The notes: generated from the letters alone by a model not told the origin. Numbered from the stretch's first letter, positions 1-9,964 are shown. The stretch: DNA of 64,000 nt from Planctomycetota bacterium (GCA_038060895.1 JBBTCT010000011.1:32001-96000); one strand, 5' to 3'. Program-made: numbers and translations.

Positions 1-2
1 AC

Positions 3-236
3 CTGGGCGCCGCGTGGGCGCGCTGCGGCGCCGTCGCGATCCAGGGGAACCTCGATTCAACAGTGCTGTTCGCGGACAAGCCGACCATCCGCCGCGCCGC
101 CCAGAATGTCCTCGACTCCGCGGCGGGACGCCCGGGACACGTCTTCAATCTCGGCCACGGCGTGCTCCCCGGGACGCCCGTGGACAACGTCCGGCTCCTC
201 GTTGACACTGTGCACGAAGCCTCTTCAAGGATGTGA
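3..236 (+). CDS. hemE: Uroporphyrinogen decarboxylase, 3' fragment (gene starts before the window)
   Basis: Frame 3, translated by hand and absent from the ORF track, reads ...AIQGNLDSTVLF...GHVFNLGHGVLPGTPVDNV..., with the HemE C-terminal motifs QGNLD and FNLGHG. Stop TGA at 234-236, directly upstream of ferrochelatase. Confidence 0.93.
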   Translation: MGAAWARCGAVAIQGNLDSTVLFADKPTIRRAAQNVLDSAAGRPGHVFNLGHGVLPGTPVDNVRLLVDTVHEASSRM

Positions 237-238
237 CC

Positions 239-1237
239 ATGCCCCACGACGGCGTGCTGTTGATCGCGTTCGGCGGCCCGACACCCGGTGGCTGCAACCG
301 GCTCCAGGCGAACGGAGAGCCGTGCGCGGGGCCGGAACACGGGCGCGCGTGCCCCGAGGGATGCGCAACGGAGGCGCATTGCTTCGTTCAGGGAATCCTC
401 GGGAAGTCGCCGGCGCGAGCGGGGCGCGTGGACGAGGTCGCGAAGCATTACCACGCGATCGGCGGGTATTCCCCGTTCAACGAGCTGACGTTCCGGCAGG
501 GGCGCAACCTGATGCTCGCGCTGAAGAAACTCGGGAAGCCGCTTCCCGTCGCGACTGGCCTGCGGCACTGGGGGCCCTCGCTGAAGGACGTGATCCGGAT
601 GCTGTCGGAGAAGGGCCACCGCCGGATGGTCGGGATCATCATGGCGCCGCACCAGTCGAAGGTGAGCTGGGACTGGTACTTGTCCACGGTGGACGAGGCC
701 GTCACGGCTCTTCCGGAAAACGCGCGCATCCAGTTCGACATTCTCGAGCCGTGGTGGAAGGATGCGGGGTTCGTGAAGGCGATCGCGGAAGTCATCCGCG
801 GCGACCTGGCGAAGTGGCCGGAGGCGCGGGCGCGGGAAGCGAAGATCGTCTTCAGCGCGCACTCCATCCCGGCGGCGATTGCAAAGTCAGGGCCGTACGC
901 GGCGCAGTTTGAAGAGACGGCGGCACTCGTAGCGAAGGAGCTCGCCTGGAAGAACTGGTCGGTCGCGTACCAGTCGAGCGCGAGCGACGCGAGCCAGCCC
1001 TGGACGAGCCCTGACATCAACGACGCGATCCGGGAGGCGAAGAAGGCAGGATCGGCGGACGTGCTGGTGTCGCCGATCGGGTTTTTGGTCGATCACGTGG
1101 AGGTGCTGTACGACCTGGACGTGGAAGCGAAGAAAACGGCGGCGGAATGCGGGGTGGGGTTCATTCGGAGCGGGACGGTGGGGTCGCATGAGAGGTTTAT
1201 CGGGATGCTGGCGGAGAAGGTGGCGGCTAAGGCCTGA
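239..1237 (+). CDS. hemH: Ferrochelatase (HemH/CpfC)
   Basis: Motifs GVLLIAFGGP, HY..IGG.SP, VFSAHSIP, YQS...PW..PD and PIGFLVDHVEVLYDLD. Lies between hemE and hemY. ATG 239 preferred over GTG 233. Confidence 0.95.
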   Translation: MPHDGVLLIAFGGPTPGGCNRLQANGEPCAGPEHGRACPEGCATEAHCFVQGILGKSPARAGRVDEVAKHYHAIGGYSPFNELTFRQGRNLMLALKKLGKPLPVATGLRHWGPSLKDVIRMLSEKGHRRMVGIIMAPHQSKVSWDWYLSTVDEAVTALPENARIQFDILEPWWKDAGFVKAIAEVIRGDLAKWPEARAREAKIVFSAHSIPAAIAKSGPYAAQFEETAALVAKELAWKNWSVAYQSSASDASQPWTSPDINDAIREAKKAGSADVLVSPIGFLVDHVEVLYDLDVEAKKTAAECGVGFIRSGTVGSHERFIGMLAEKVAAKA

Positions 1238-1254
1238 ACGGCGACAACGAAGAG

Positions 1255-1286
1255 AAAAACCAAAAACGAAAAACGAAAAACGAAAA
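1255..1286. repeat. Intergenic heptamer tandem repeat (AAAAACG)n, about 4 copies
   Basis: aaaaacc-aaaaacg-aaaaacg-aaaaacg-aaaa between hemH and hemY. Confidence 0.8.
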
Positions 1287-1312
1287 GGGCCGTCGAACAC
1301 GGGTGACCGCAG

Positions 1313-2680
1313 ATGACCCGGCGCGTGGTGGTCATCGGAGGAGGAATCGCGGGGCTGGCGGCCGGATTCCGGCTGGCGCGGACGCGCGGAATCGAAGTGG
1401 AAGTGCTGGATGCGGCGCCCCGGGCCGGGGGCGCGATCGCTACATCGCGCGAGGACGGATTTCTGCTCGAGCAGGGGCCCGACTGTTTCCTGACCGTCAA
1501 GCCCTCCGCCATTGAGCTCTGCAGGGAGCTCGGGCTTGAGGACCGGCTGATCGGCACGATCGAGGGAAACCGGAAGAGCTTCGTCGCCCGCAAATCGAAA
1601 TTGCACGCGGTGCCCGAGGGGTTCTACCTGATGGCCCCTTCTTCCATGGCCAGCCTCGCTGCTTCGCGCATTTTCTCGGTGAAGGGCAAGGCGCGGATGG
1701 CGATGGAGCCCCTGATCCCGCGGCGCACGGACGCCGCCGACGAATCGCTGGCGTCGTTCGTCCGGCGCCGGCTCGGGCAGGAATGCCTCGACCGGCTGGC
1801 CCAGCCGATGATCGCGGGGATCACGACGGCGGATCCCGAGAAGCTCTCGATGCGGGCGGCGATGCCGCAGTTTCCCGAGATGGAGGAGAGGCACGGCTCG
1901 ATCATCAAGGCGCTGGCGACGAAGGCGCTCTCCCGCGGGACTAGCGGCCCGCGCTACGGGATGTTCGCGACGCTGGACGGCGGGATGCAGATGCTGGTCG
2001 ATGCGCTTGCGGCGGCACTCGGACCCCGGCTGCGGACGGGAGTCCGCGTGAATGGTCTACGGCGATCTGGCAACCAATGGGCCGTCGATTCGACCTCGGG
2101 CGATCTCGCGGCCGACGCCCTCGTGATCGCACTGCCCGCCACGGCCGCCGCTTCCCTTCTGCTCCCCCACGACAAGCGCCTCGCGGAGCTTCTGGCGGGA
2201 ATCGAATCCGCGTCGGTGGCGACAGTGCACGTCGCGTGGAAGGAGGAGGACTTGCGACTCCCGGCAGCGATGGGGTTCGTGGTCCCCGCGATTGAAAACC
2301 GTTTCACGCTCGCATGCTCGTTCACGTCGCGAAAGTTCCCCGGGCGCGCCCCCGCCGGGACCTCCCTGGTGCGGGTCTTCGCCGGCGGCGCGACACGCCC
2401 GGCCGACGCTTCCCTGCCCGACGGGGAATTGACGCAGCGCGTTATCGCGGATCTCCGCGATCTCCTCGGCGCTAAGGGAAAACCGCTGTTCGCCCGCGTC
2501 GACCGGCATGCGGAAGCGATGCCCCAGTACCACGTTGGCCACATGGACCGGGTCGCGGAAATGGAAAAGCGCGCGGCGGCCGTTCCCGGCCTCGCGCTCT
2601 GCGGCGCCAGTTATCGCGGGGTGGGAGTCCCGGATTGCGTGAAGAGCGGAGAAGTCGCGGCGGAAATCGCCGCGAGGTAG
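1313..2680 (+). CDS. hemY: Protoporphyrinogen/coproporphyrinogen oxidase (HemY)
   Basis: FAD-binding VIGGGIAGLAA, plus E.GPDCF, ESLASFVRRRLG, AMPQYHVGH and GVGVPDCV motifs. Heme operon context. Confidence 0.95.
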   Translation: MTRRVVVIGGGIAGLAAGFRLARTRGIEVEVLDAAPRAGGAIATSREDGFLLEQGPDCFLTVKPSAIELCRELGLEDRLIGTIEGNRKSFVARKSKLHAVPEGFYLMAPSSMASLAASRIFSVKGKARMAMEPLIPRRTDAADESLASFVRRRLGQECLDRLAQPMIAGITTADPEKLSMRAAMPQFPEMEERHGSIIKALATKALSRGTSGPRYGMFATLDGGMQMLVDALAAALGPRLRTGVRVNGLRRSGNQWAVDSTSGDLAADALVIALPATAAASLLLPHDKRLAELLAGIESASVATVHVAWKEEDLRLPAAMGFVVPAIENRFTLACSFTSRKFPGRAPAGTSLVRVFAGGATRPADASLPDGELTQRVIADLRDLLGAKGKPLFARVDRHAEAMPQYHVGHMDRVAEMEKRAAAVPGLALCGASYRGVGVPDCVKSGEVAAEIAAR

Positions 2681-2718
2681 ATAAGATTCCTGCACCTCCC
2701 TCCAGACCGGGACATCCC

Positions 2719-3873
2719 GTGAGAATCCTCCTTGTCGCGTCGCTGCTGGCCTCGACCTGTTTCGCCGACACCGTTTTCCTGAAGGACGGGCGCAAGCTCG
2801 AGGGCGCCGTCACGGACGCCGGCGAGGAATTCGCGATCAAGGGAAAGTTCGGAACGGTCCGCGTGAAGAAGGCGGACGTCGACCGCGTCGAGGCCGACGC
2901 GAGCGAGCCCCCCCCGGCAACCGGCAACCCGCCGGCCACCGGCAATCCCTCCGCGAAGACGAAGCCCCTCTCCGGCCCGGAACGCACTACCCTCCAGTCG
3001 GCGGAGGCGCTTCTCAACGAGAACAAGGCCCCCGAGGGCCTGAAACTGATCGCGACCATGCTGAACGCGGAGGACGGGTACGACTGGGAAGGCAAGCGCC
3101 GCATCAGTCTCCTCGCCAGCCGCCTCGCCCTCCGGGCCGGCGACCGCAGCCGTGCCGCGAAAGAGATTGCCCTCTGGGCGTCCCTCGCCCCGGCCACGTC
3201 CCGCTTCTCGGACGAGACGCGGGCGCGGCTCGTGACGGATTCGGCCGACGGCAATTTCGTCGTGAAGGAAGAGGACCTCCTGGCCCATGCCGGCGTGTCG
3301 CTCGAGCCGGGTCCGCAGCCGCTCTGGGACGAGAAAGTGGTCGCGTTCGCGCTTCGGCTCGAGGCGCGCAATGACGAGGCGCAGGGGAACAAGGCGCTGG
3401 AAGAGGCGCGCACTTTCGAGAAGAAAGACCACGAGCAGGCGCTCAAGGCCTTTCGCACCGCGGAAAAAGCCTACGCGCGCGCCGACGACATCTCTCCCGG
3501 GTGCTGCCGGCCGAGCCAGATCGCGGCTCTCAGGGGAATGCTCGACGCCCTCTTCAGCCTCGGCGTCGAGGCCGACGAAAAGCAGATGGCCAGCAGCCCG
3601 CTCAACGTGGGATTCGAGATGAAAGCCAACGCCGAAGGGCGGCTTCGCTTCACGCCCGCCGGCCGGACGAAATTCGACGAGACGCGGCGGGACTGGAACA
3701 CGCAGGTGGACCGGCTGGAAACGATCATGAAGGAAATCGACGCGCTGAAGGCACGGTTTCCAGAAGAAGTTGCGAAGCAGCAGGGGCAGTACGAGAGGCT
3801 GAAGACCGCGCTTTCGGACATGGTGCCGAGAATTCGCAAGGCATTCGCGAAAGCGCTTCAGGAACACAACTAG
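2719..3873 (+). CDS. Exported hypothetical protein with N-terminal DTVFLKDGRKLEG domain; paralog of 3965..5266
   Basis: GTG 2719 begins signal peptide RILLVASLLASTCFA|D. Shares blocks (AIKGKFGT, QPLWD, SSPL, RFP.E) with the next gene. Confidence 0.8.
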   Translation: MRILLVASLLASTCFADTVFLKDGRKLEGAVTDAGEEFAIKGKFGTVRVKKADVDRVEADASEPPPATGNPPATGNPSAKTKPLSGPERTTLQSAEALLNENKAPEGLKLIATMLNAEDGYDWEGKRRISLLASRLALRAGDRSRAAKEIALWASLAPATSRFSDETRARLVTDSADGNFVVKEEDLLAHAGVSLEPGPQPLWDEKVVAFALRLEARNDEAQGNKALEEARTFEKKDHEQALKAFRTAEKAYARADDISPGCCRPSQIAALRGMLDALFSLGVEADEKQMASSPLNVGFEMKANAEGRLRFTPAGRTKFDETRRDWNTQVDRLETIMKEIDALKARFPEEVAKQQGQYERLKTALSDMVPRIRKAFAKALQEHN

Positions 3874-3964
3874 GCCGACTCCGCCCGACCCGCAGAATTT
3901 TTCCCACGCTCTGGAGCACAGCCAGGAACGCTACAATCACGCCCTCTAATCTCCCGGAGGCACC

Positions 3965-5266
3965 TTGAAGACGCTGGCTCTCTCCCTGTTCCTGGCCGCG
4001 GCCTGTTGCGCGGACACCGTCTGGCTGAAAGACGGTCGAAAGTACGAAGGCACGGTCACCGAGCAAGGGGACGAGTACGCCATCAAGGGGAAATTCGGCA
4101 CGATCAAGGTCAAGAAGTCCGACGTCGAACGGGTGGACATGCCGCCGACCGGCGAATACGCGACGCGGTCCAGGGCGCTCGCCGACCAGGACGTGGACGG
4201 TCACTTCGCGCTCGGCCAGTGGTGCAAGGACAAGGGGATGAAGGCGGAAGCGCGCGCTGAATTCGAGAAGGTGCTGAAAACCGATCCTCACCACGAAGGA
4301 GCGCACAAGGAGCTCGGCCACTCCCGCGTCGGCGACCGATGGGGAACACCGCTCGAGCTGATGGACTCCGTGGAAGCGCTTCTGCGACTCAACAAGGCCG
4401 AAAAGGCGCGCGACATGATGGCGCCGCTGATGGCCAACGCGCTCGAGGGCCTGGAGAAGCCCCAGCAGGCCCGCGCCTGGAAGATCATGATCTCGATCGA
4501 GTTGCGCGACGGGAAGGCGGACGCGGCCGCCGACGCCGCCGATCGCGCCGCCGAGTCCGCCGTCGCCACGGAGAGGGTCGCCGCGAAGACCCGGGCCGAG
4601 ATCATCCGCAGCTCCCGCGACGGAAGATACGACGTGAAGCAGGACGACCTCGTCGCCACGATGCCCGGCCAGAGGGACCCCGGCCTGGGCCCGCTGGAAA
4701 CCGGCCGCCAGCCTCTCTGGGACGACCGCGTCATGCTGATCGCGCTTCGCAACGTTGCGCAGCGCGACATCGACAAGGGGAAGAAGCTCGCCGCCGACGC
4801 CTTCAACTGCGTGGGAATGGACAAGGAGAAGGCGTTCCGTCTCTACGCTTCCGCCGAGGACTTCTTCGATCACGCCAACGAGATCGTTCCCGACTTCGGC
4901 CGCCAGTACCAGGTGGAAGCCCTGCGGAAGCAGGTCCCCATCCTGTTTGACATCGCCGTAGACAACGTCAACAAGGCCGACGCCTCCAGCCCGCTGACGA
5001 AAAACTACGGGCTTGTGTGGCACCCCGGAGGCGCGCTCACCTTTACCGGCGACGGCCTCGCGCGCTACCAGGACGACAAGCGCACCTGGAACGCCTACGC
5101 CGGAAAGATCGAGGAGTGCATGAAGGACATCTCCCGCCTCAACAACCGCTTCCCCGCCGAGTTCGCCGCGCACAAACAGTCGTACGAGCGCGTGGACAAT
5201 TACTTCAAGAAGCGCATCCCCGAAATCCGCGCCTACCTGGACAAGATCGAGAAGGCGTTGAAATGA
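3965..5266 (+). CDS. Exported hypothetical protein with DTVWLKDGRKYEG domain and TPR-like segment
   Basis: RBS GGAGG, TTG start, signal peptide, and TPR-like HFALGQWC...ARAEFEKVLKTDPHH. Confidence 0.82.
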   Translation: MKTLALSLFLAAACCADTVWLKDGRKYEGTVTEQGDEYAIKGKFGTIKVKKSDVERVDMPPTGEYATRSRALADQDVDGHFALGQWCKDKGMKAEARAEFEKVLKTDPHHEGAHKELGHSRVGDRWGTPLELMDSVEALLRLNKAEKARDMMAPLMANALEGLEKPQQARAWKIMISIELRDGKADAAADAADRAAESAVATERVAAKTRAEIIRSSRDGRYDVKQDDLVATMPGQRDPGLGPLETGRQPLWDDRVMLIALRNVAQRDIDKGKKLAADAFNCVGMDKEKAFRLYASAEDFFDHANEIVPDFGRQYQVEALRKQVPILFDIAVDNVNKADASSPLTKNYGLVWHPGGALTFTGDGLARYQDDKRTWNAYAGKIEECMKDISRLNNRFPAEFAAHKQSYERVDNYFKKRIPEIRAYLDKIEKALK

Positions 5267-6387
5267 AGCGGCTTGCGGCGGCGCTTCTCGGCGCGGCGCT
5301 GGCGGCAAGCCTGGCGGCGGCGGACGACGCCGCGGCGCGCGGCAAGAAGCAGTTCGACGAGGGGAAGTTCGAGGAAGCGGTCAAGACGCTCCGGAAGGAC
5401 GTTGACCTCTATCCCGAACACGTCGAAAGCTACCGCTGGCTCGCTTCCTCGCTGGAAAAACTGGGGCGGGCCGACGAAGCGAAACTGGTCTGGAAGGACT
5501 TCCGTGCGCTGGCTCGAAGCGAGGAAGACCGCAGGCTCGCGGATGAGAAGCTGGGCGCCGGGCCGGGGACGGTGGACAAGGATCTGGTGCTCGACGAAGC
5601 GACGATTGACGCGATCCGCGTTCCGGGCCAGGGTTGGTTCGAAAAGAAGACGGCGCACTTTGCGGTCAAGACGCACAACGAGCGCCTGACGGAAGTCATC
5701 GCGGTGCAGGCCGAAAAGTATCTCGCGGCGCTCTCGAGCCGGTTTCTGAACGGCGCGGCCTACCCGCATGTCGTGCCGCTCACGGTCTATCGCGACCAGT
5801 CGGAATACGTCGGGGCGGGAAATCCCGATTGGAGCCAGGGAGGCACGGCCGTCGGCTACGAATCTCTCGACAACTTCCTGAAGGGCCAGATGTCCCGCAA
5901 GATCGACCTCCTGCACACGATCGGAGGCAAGATCAACCCAGACCTCGCCAAACCGAAACTACTCCCGCACGAACTCACGCACCTGGTGCTCATGGAGCAC
6001 TTCGGCGAGACTCCCCTCCCTCTCTGGCTGAACGAGGGTCTCGCGCAATACATGGAGGTCGATCGGCGCGAAGAAGCGAACACGCAACTCCGGGAGTTTT
6101 TCGTGGACCGCAAGGGCTCGGCGATCCCGCTGCGCACGTTTGCGACGCTTCCCGGCTACCCCGAAAACCGCGGCGCGATCGCGCTCTTCTACGCGCAAAG
6201 CGCGTCCTTCACCTCCTGGCTCATCGACATCCTGGGCCAGGAGAAATTCCACGTGTTCCTGCAGGACCTCAAGAAGGGAACGGAGGTCGAGCCGGCGCTT
6301 CAGAGCGCTCTGAAAGCCGGCAAGGACTGGGAAGCCCCCGTCCAGGCGCAGTGGCTGAAGACCGTGCAGGCACTGCCAAAGAAGTAA
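5263..6387 (+). CDS. Exported TPR plus zincin (peptidase MA/DUF1570-like) protein
   Basis: ATG 5263 overlaps the upstream stop (ATGA). Signal peptide, N-terminal TPR, then PHELTHL...PLWLNEGLAQY and FYAQS motifs. Confidence 0.85.
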   Translation: MKRLAAALLGAALAASLAAADDAAARGKKQFDEGKFEEAVKTLRKDVDLYPEHVESYRWLASSLEKLGRADEAKLVWKDFRALARSEEDRRLADEKLGAGPGTVDKDLVLDEATIDAIRVPGQGWFEKKTAHFAVKTHNERLTEVIAVQAEKYLAALSSRFLNGAAYPHVVPLTVYRDQSEYVGAGNPDWSQGGTAVGYESLDNFLKGQMSRKIDLLHTIGGKINPDLAKPKLLPHELTHLVLMEHFGETPLPLWLNEGLAQYMEVDRREEANTQLREFFVDRKGSAIPLRTFATLPGYPENRGAIALFYAQSASFTSWLIDILGQEKFHVFLQDLKKGTEVEPALQSALKAGKDWEAPVQAQWLKTVQALPKK

Positions 6388-6410
6388 CGGCGAGTTGCCC
6401 GTTGCAAACG

Positions 6411-6440
6411 AACCCGGCGGCCCTCGCGGGCCGCCGGGTT
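6411..6440. terminator. GC-rich hairpin between convergent genes (probable bidirectional terminator)
   Basis: AACCCGGCGGCCC-TCGC-GGGCCGCCGGGTT, a perfect 13-bp stem. Confidence 0.75.
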
Positions 6441-6497
6441 ATTTCAGTCGTCGTCGTTGCTCAATCCTCAACACTCAGCATTCCCGACTGCCGTGCG

Positions 6498-8220
6498 CTA
6501 GTAGTCCTCGTCTCCGCCCAAACCCCCCCCACACCCCCCCCCCCCCCCCCACCCCCCCCCCCCCGCCCATCCCGCCCATCCCGCCCATGCCGCCCATATC
6601 CCCCATCCCTTCCGGCATCCCGCCTCCACCTCCGCCCGCCTTCTTGCTCTTGATCTCGGAGACGAGCGCGTCGGTCGTGAGCAGAAGGCCGGCGACGGAG
6701 GCCGCGTGCTGGAGCGCGCTCCGGACAACCTTCGTGGGATCGATGATTCCGGCCTTGATCAGGTCGCCGTACTCGTCCTTCGCGGCGTCGTAGCCGTACG
6801 GGCCCTTGCCTTCGGCGACCTTGTTTTCGACGATGGAACCGTTCTTGCCGGCGTTGACGGCAATCTGGCGCATCGGGGAAGACAGCGCCCGGCGGACAAT
6901 GTCCACGCCCGTCGCCTCGTCGCCCTTCGCGTCGACTTTCTTCAGCACGTCGATCGAGCGGAACAGCGCGATCCCGCCGCCGGGGAGAATGCCCTCCTCC
7001 ATCGCGGCCTTCGTCGCGTGCAGCGCGTCTTCGATGCGGGCCTTCTTCTCCTTCATCTCCACTTCGGTCGCCGCGCCGACCAGCACCTTGGCAACGCCGC
7101 CCGAGAGCTTCGCCAGCCGCTCCTGGAGCTTCTCTTTGTCGTAGTCCGACTTCGTGTCGAGGATCTCGTTCTTGATCATCGCGATGCGGCCCTGGATCGC
7201 CTTCGTGTCGCCCGCGCCCTCGATGACCGTCGTGTTCTCCTTGTCGATCACGACCTTCTTCGCGCGCCCGAGGTAGCTCAGGTCCGCCTTCTCGAGGTCG
7301 ACGCCCAGGTCCTCCGTGATCGCCTTGCCGCCCGTCAGGATCGCCAGGTCTTCCAGCATCGCCTTGCGGCGGTCGCCGTACCCGGGAGCCTTCACCGCCG
7401 CGCACTTGAACACACCGCGCAGCTTGTTCACCACCAGCGTCGCCAGGGCATCCCCTTCGACTTCCTCTGCGATGAGCAGAAGCGGCTTCCCGGTCTGCGA
7501 CACCTTCTCGACCAGCCCGATCAGGTCCTTGATCGCGCCGATTTTCTTCTCGTAAAGCAGGATGTACGGCTCGTCCAGCACGACCTTCTGGCCCTGGAGG
7601 TCCGTGATGAAGTGTGGCGAGAGGAAGCCCTTGTCGAATTGCATGCCCTCGACCCACTCGACCTCGGTCTTCAGCGACTTCCCTTCTTCGCACGTGATGA
7701 CCCCGTCCTTGCCGACCTTCTTCATCGCCTCGGCGATCATCGTGCCGATTTCCTTGTCGTTGTTCGCGGCGACCGTGCCGACCTGCTCGACTTCCTTGTC
7801 GCCCTTCACCTTCGTCGACATCGACTTCAGATGTTCGACCACGGCCGCGACGCCCTGCTCGATCCCGCGCAGCAGCGACATCGGATTCGCCCCCGCCGCG
7901 ACATTCTTCAGCCCCTCCACGAAAATCGCTTCCGCCAGCACCGTCGCCGTCGTCGTGCCGTCGCCGGCGACGTCCGACGTCTTCGAAGCGACTTCCTTCA
8001 CCATCTGGGCGCCCATGTTCTCGTAGGCGTCCTTCAGTTCGATCTCCTTCGCAACCGTGACGCCGTCCTTCGTCACCAGCGGCGCCCCGAACTTCTTCTC
8101 GATGATCACGTTCCGCCCGCGCGGCCCCAGCGTCGTCTTCACCGCACGCGCCAGCACCATCACGCCGTCGCGGATCTTCTCGCGCGCTTCAGCGTCGTAA
8201 ATGATCTTCTTTGCAGCCAT
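6498..8220 (-). CDS. groL: Chaperonin GroEL (C-terminal frame disturbed by a poly-G tract)
   Basis: [36 protein letters not shown] and GGM tail. As assembled the ORF ends at 6475, but another frame ends ...GGDEDY* at 6498, which looks like the natural terminus. Confidence 0.97.
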
Positions 8221-8286
8221 CGTTCCAGTCTCCTGTTCTTCGGACCGTTGAGTTTTCGTTGCTGAGTCGAGGACCCGCGCGACGAG

Positions 8287-8577
8287 CTACTTGGAAATGA
8301 TCGCGAGGATGTCTTCTTCGGCCATGATCACGTAGTCGCGCCCTTCAACCTTGCACTCGGTGCCGGCGTAGCTCGCGAAGAGCACGCGGTCCCCCTCCTG
8401 CACCTGGAACGGCACGCGCTTGCCGTTGTCCAGCATCCGGCCGTCCCCGACCGCCACGATCTTCCCTTCCTTCGGCTTCTCCTTTGCCGAGTCGGGAATC
8501 ACGATCCCGCCCTTCGTCTTCGATTCCGCTTCAAGGCGCTCGACAAGGATCTTGTCGCCGATGGGCTTGACCTTCAT
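8287..8577 (-). CDS. groS: Co-chaperonin GroES
   Basis: [50 protein letters not shown] upstream. Confidence 0.97.
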   Translation of the reverse strand: MKVKPIGDKILVERLEAESKTKGGIVIPDSAKEKPKEGKIVAVGDGRMLDNGKRVPFQVQEGDRVLFASYAGTECKVEGRDYVIMAEEDILAIISK

Positions 8578-8642
8578 GGGGATGGCTCCTGTCAAAATGG
8601 GCGAGGTCGGGAGTAGGTACAGTTCCGGACTAGGGGATGCAG

Positions 8643-8660
8643 TAGCAACGGGTATGCCCG
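8643..8660 (-). promoter_or_regulatory. Putative sigma54 (-24/-12) promoter for groES-groEL
   Basis: Minus strand cgGGCATACCCGTTGCta has exact GG-N10-GC spacing with GGCA...TTGC. An IHF-like 25-bp motif lies just upstream (8675-8699). Confidence 0.6.
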
Positions 8661-8811
8661 GATGCGCTGATTGCTAAGTCATTGCAGCTTCCGATGTTAG
8701 GATTCCGCTGGTCCGCGAGGATTCGGCCCAAGTGGCAGCGATCTGCCAGAGTGACACAAGGCGCAGATGTGGATCTCAGGATGCCTTCCCGAGGTCTGGT
8801 AGAGTCCCGCC

Positions 8812-9810
8812 ATGCGCTTCGGAACAGAAGTGATCGCCGCCTCCATTCTTTTGGCGGCTTCAGGCTGCGTTGGGAGTCGACCGCCAGATTCTTCTTCAAT
8901 CCGGGCCACGATCTCCCGCCTCTCCGACCCGGATTCTTTCGTGCGTGATGGCGCTGAAGAGGAACTGGCCAGGGAAGGACTGCCTGCCTCAACGCTTTGT
9001 TTCGAAGCCTTGGCCGCGTGCACCGACGCCGAACAGCGGGTCCGGCTGAACCGAATCTGCAATCGAATTGAGCTGACGCGAACCGAATCTTTGATGCCCG
9101 GAATCTGGGAAGACCAGTGGTTCGCGATAAGCAAAGACGGCGCGGCTTACGGTTGGGAACACGACACGGCGTATCGATACACAGCCGTCGTGGAATCCAC
9201 CCCTGTCCGTGATGCGTCACGAGAGCCGGCGTGGAATTTCAGGTCCGAGTTGTTTCTATTTGGCACCAACCGCGCACCTTCGCTGCGACTTTCGGTCGAG
9301 GCCCTCTGCTGGCGAAACGACACGATGTCGCCAATTCGAGTGACGTGGACACCGGATGCCCCCCTCGCAACCCTGGAATTGACGTTTGACGCAGAAGAGC
9401 AAGCGAGGCGAGTCGTGGTCGTGGTGCACAAGTTTCCTCGCGGTTCAACGCTGATCCTCGATGACTACATCCCGCGCGTCTGCCTCGAGATCAATGCGTC
9501 TCGCATGGTCGAACGCGCCGCGCTGATCGAGCGCCCAGAACTTTCCCTTCGCCTCTTCCGATGCGGCGACCCGCCGGACGGCAAGACGCGCGAGTACACG
9601 GTGAGGCTCGAAGGTCGCGACGTCATGACCTGGGATGGCGAGAAGCACCCGGTGCTGAAGTACGTGGAGGTTGGCCCGCCCGAAGAGACTCGCGACGTCT
9701 ATTACGTGTGCAAGGAACTCGGGCTCATGGCAGGGCGCATTCGGGGTTACGACATCGTGCGGCTTCGCGGAAATCCGTTTGAAGCAACCCTTCCTGCCCG
9801 CGAGAAGTGA
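8812..9810 (+). CDS. Hypothetical lipoprotein with N-terminal HEAT-like hairpin; paralog of 9965..11026
   Basis: Lipobox-like LAASGC. LSDPD..VRDGAEEEL HEAT-like helix pair and a DQWF block shared with the next gene. Confidence 0.65.
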   Translation: MRFGTEVIAASILLAASGCVGSRPPDSSSIRATISRLSDPDSFVRDGAEEELAREGLPASTLCFEALAACTDAEQRVRLNRICNRIELTRTESLMPGIWEDQWFAISKDGAAYGWEHDTAYRYTAVVESTPVRDASREPAWNFRSELFLFGTNRAPSLRLSVEALCWRNDTMSPIRVTWTPDAPLATLELTFDAEEQARRVVVVVHKFPRGSTLILDDYIPRVCLEINASRMVERAALIERPELSLRLFRCGDPPDGKTREYTVRLEGRDVMTWDGEKHPVLKYVEVGPPEETRDVYYVCKELGLMAGRIRGYDIVRLRGNPFEATLPAREK

Positions 9811-9964
9811 CTGGTGGCGGAATAGCCTTCCGGCGTTCGTTCGCGAATCGGGTTTCCTGTACGATCCGTCGGTGCCGCGAGAACAGGATTCTGCGAAGCC
9901 TCCACTGGAACGCGCTTCGGACGGAAATCCGCCCGTTCGCCGCGCCCGCCTGGCTAACGCTGCG

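Noticed and set aside
8643-8677. TAGCAA...TTGCTA inverted repeat upstream of groES as a CIRCE element
   Set aside because: Spacing and inner bases do not fit TTAGCACTC-N9-GAGTGCTAA. The left arm is better explained as the sigma54 -12 box.
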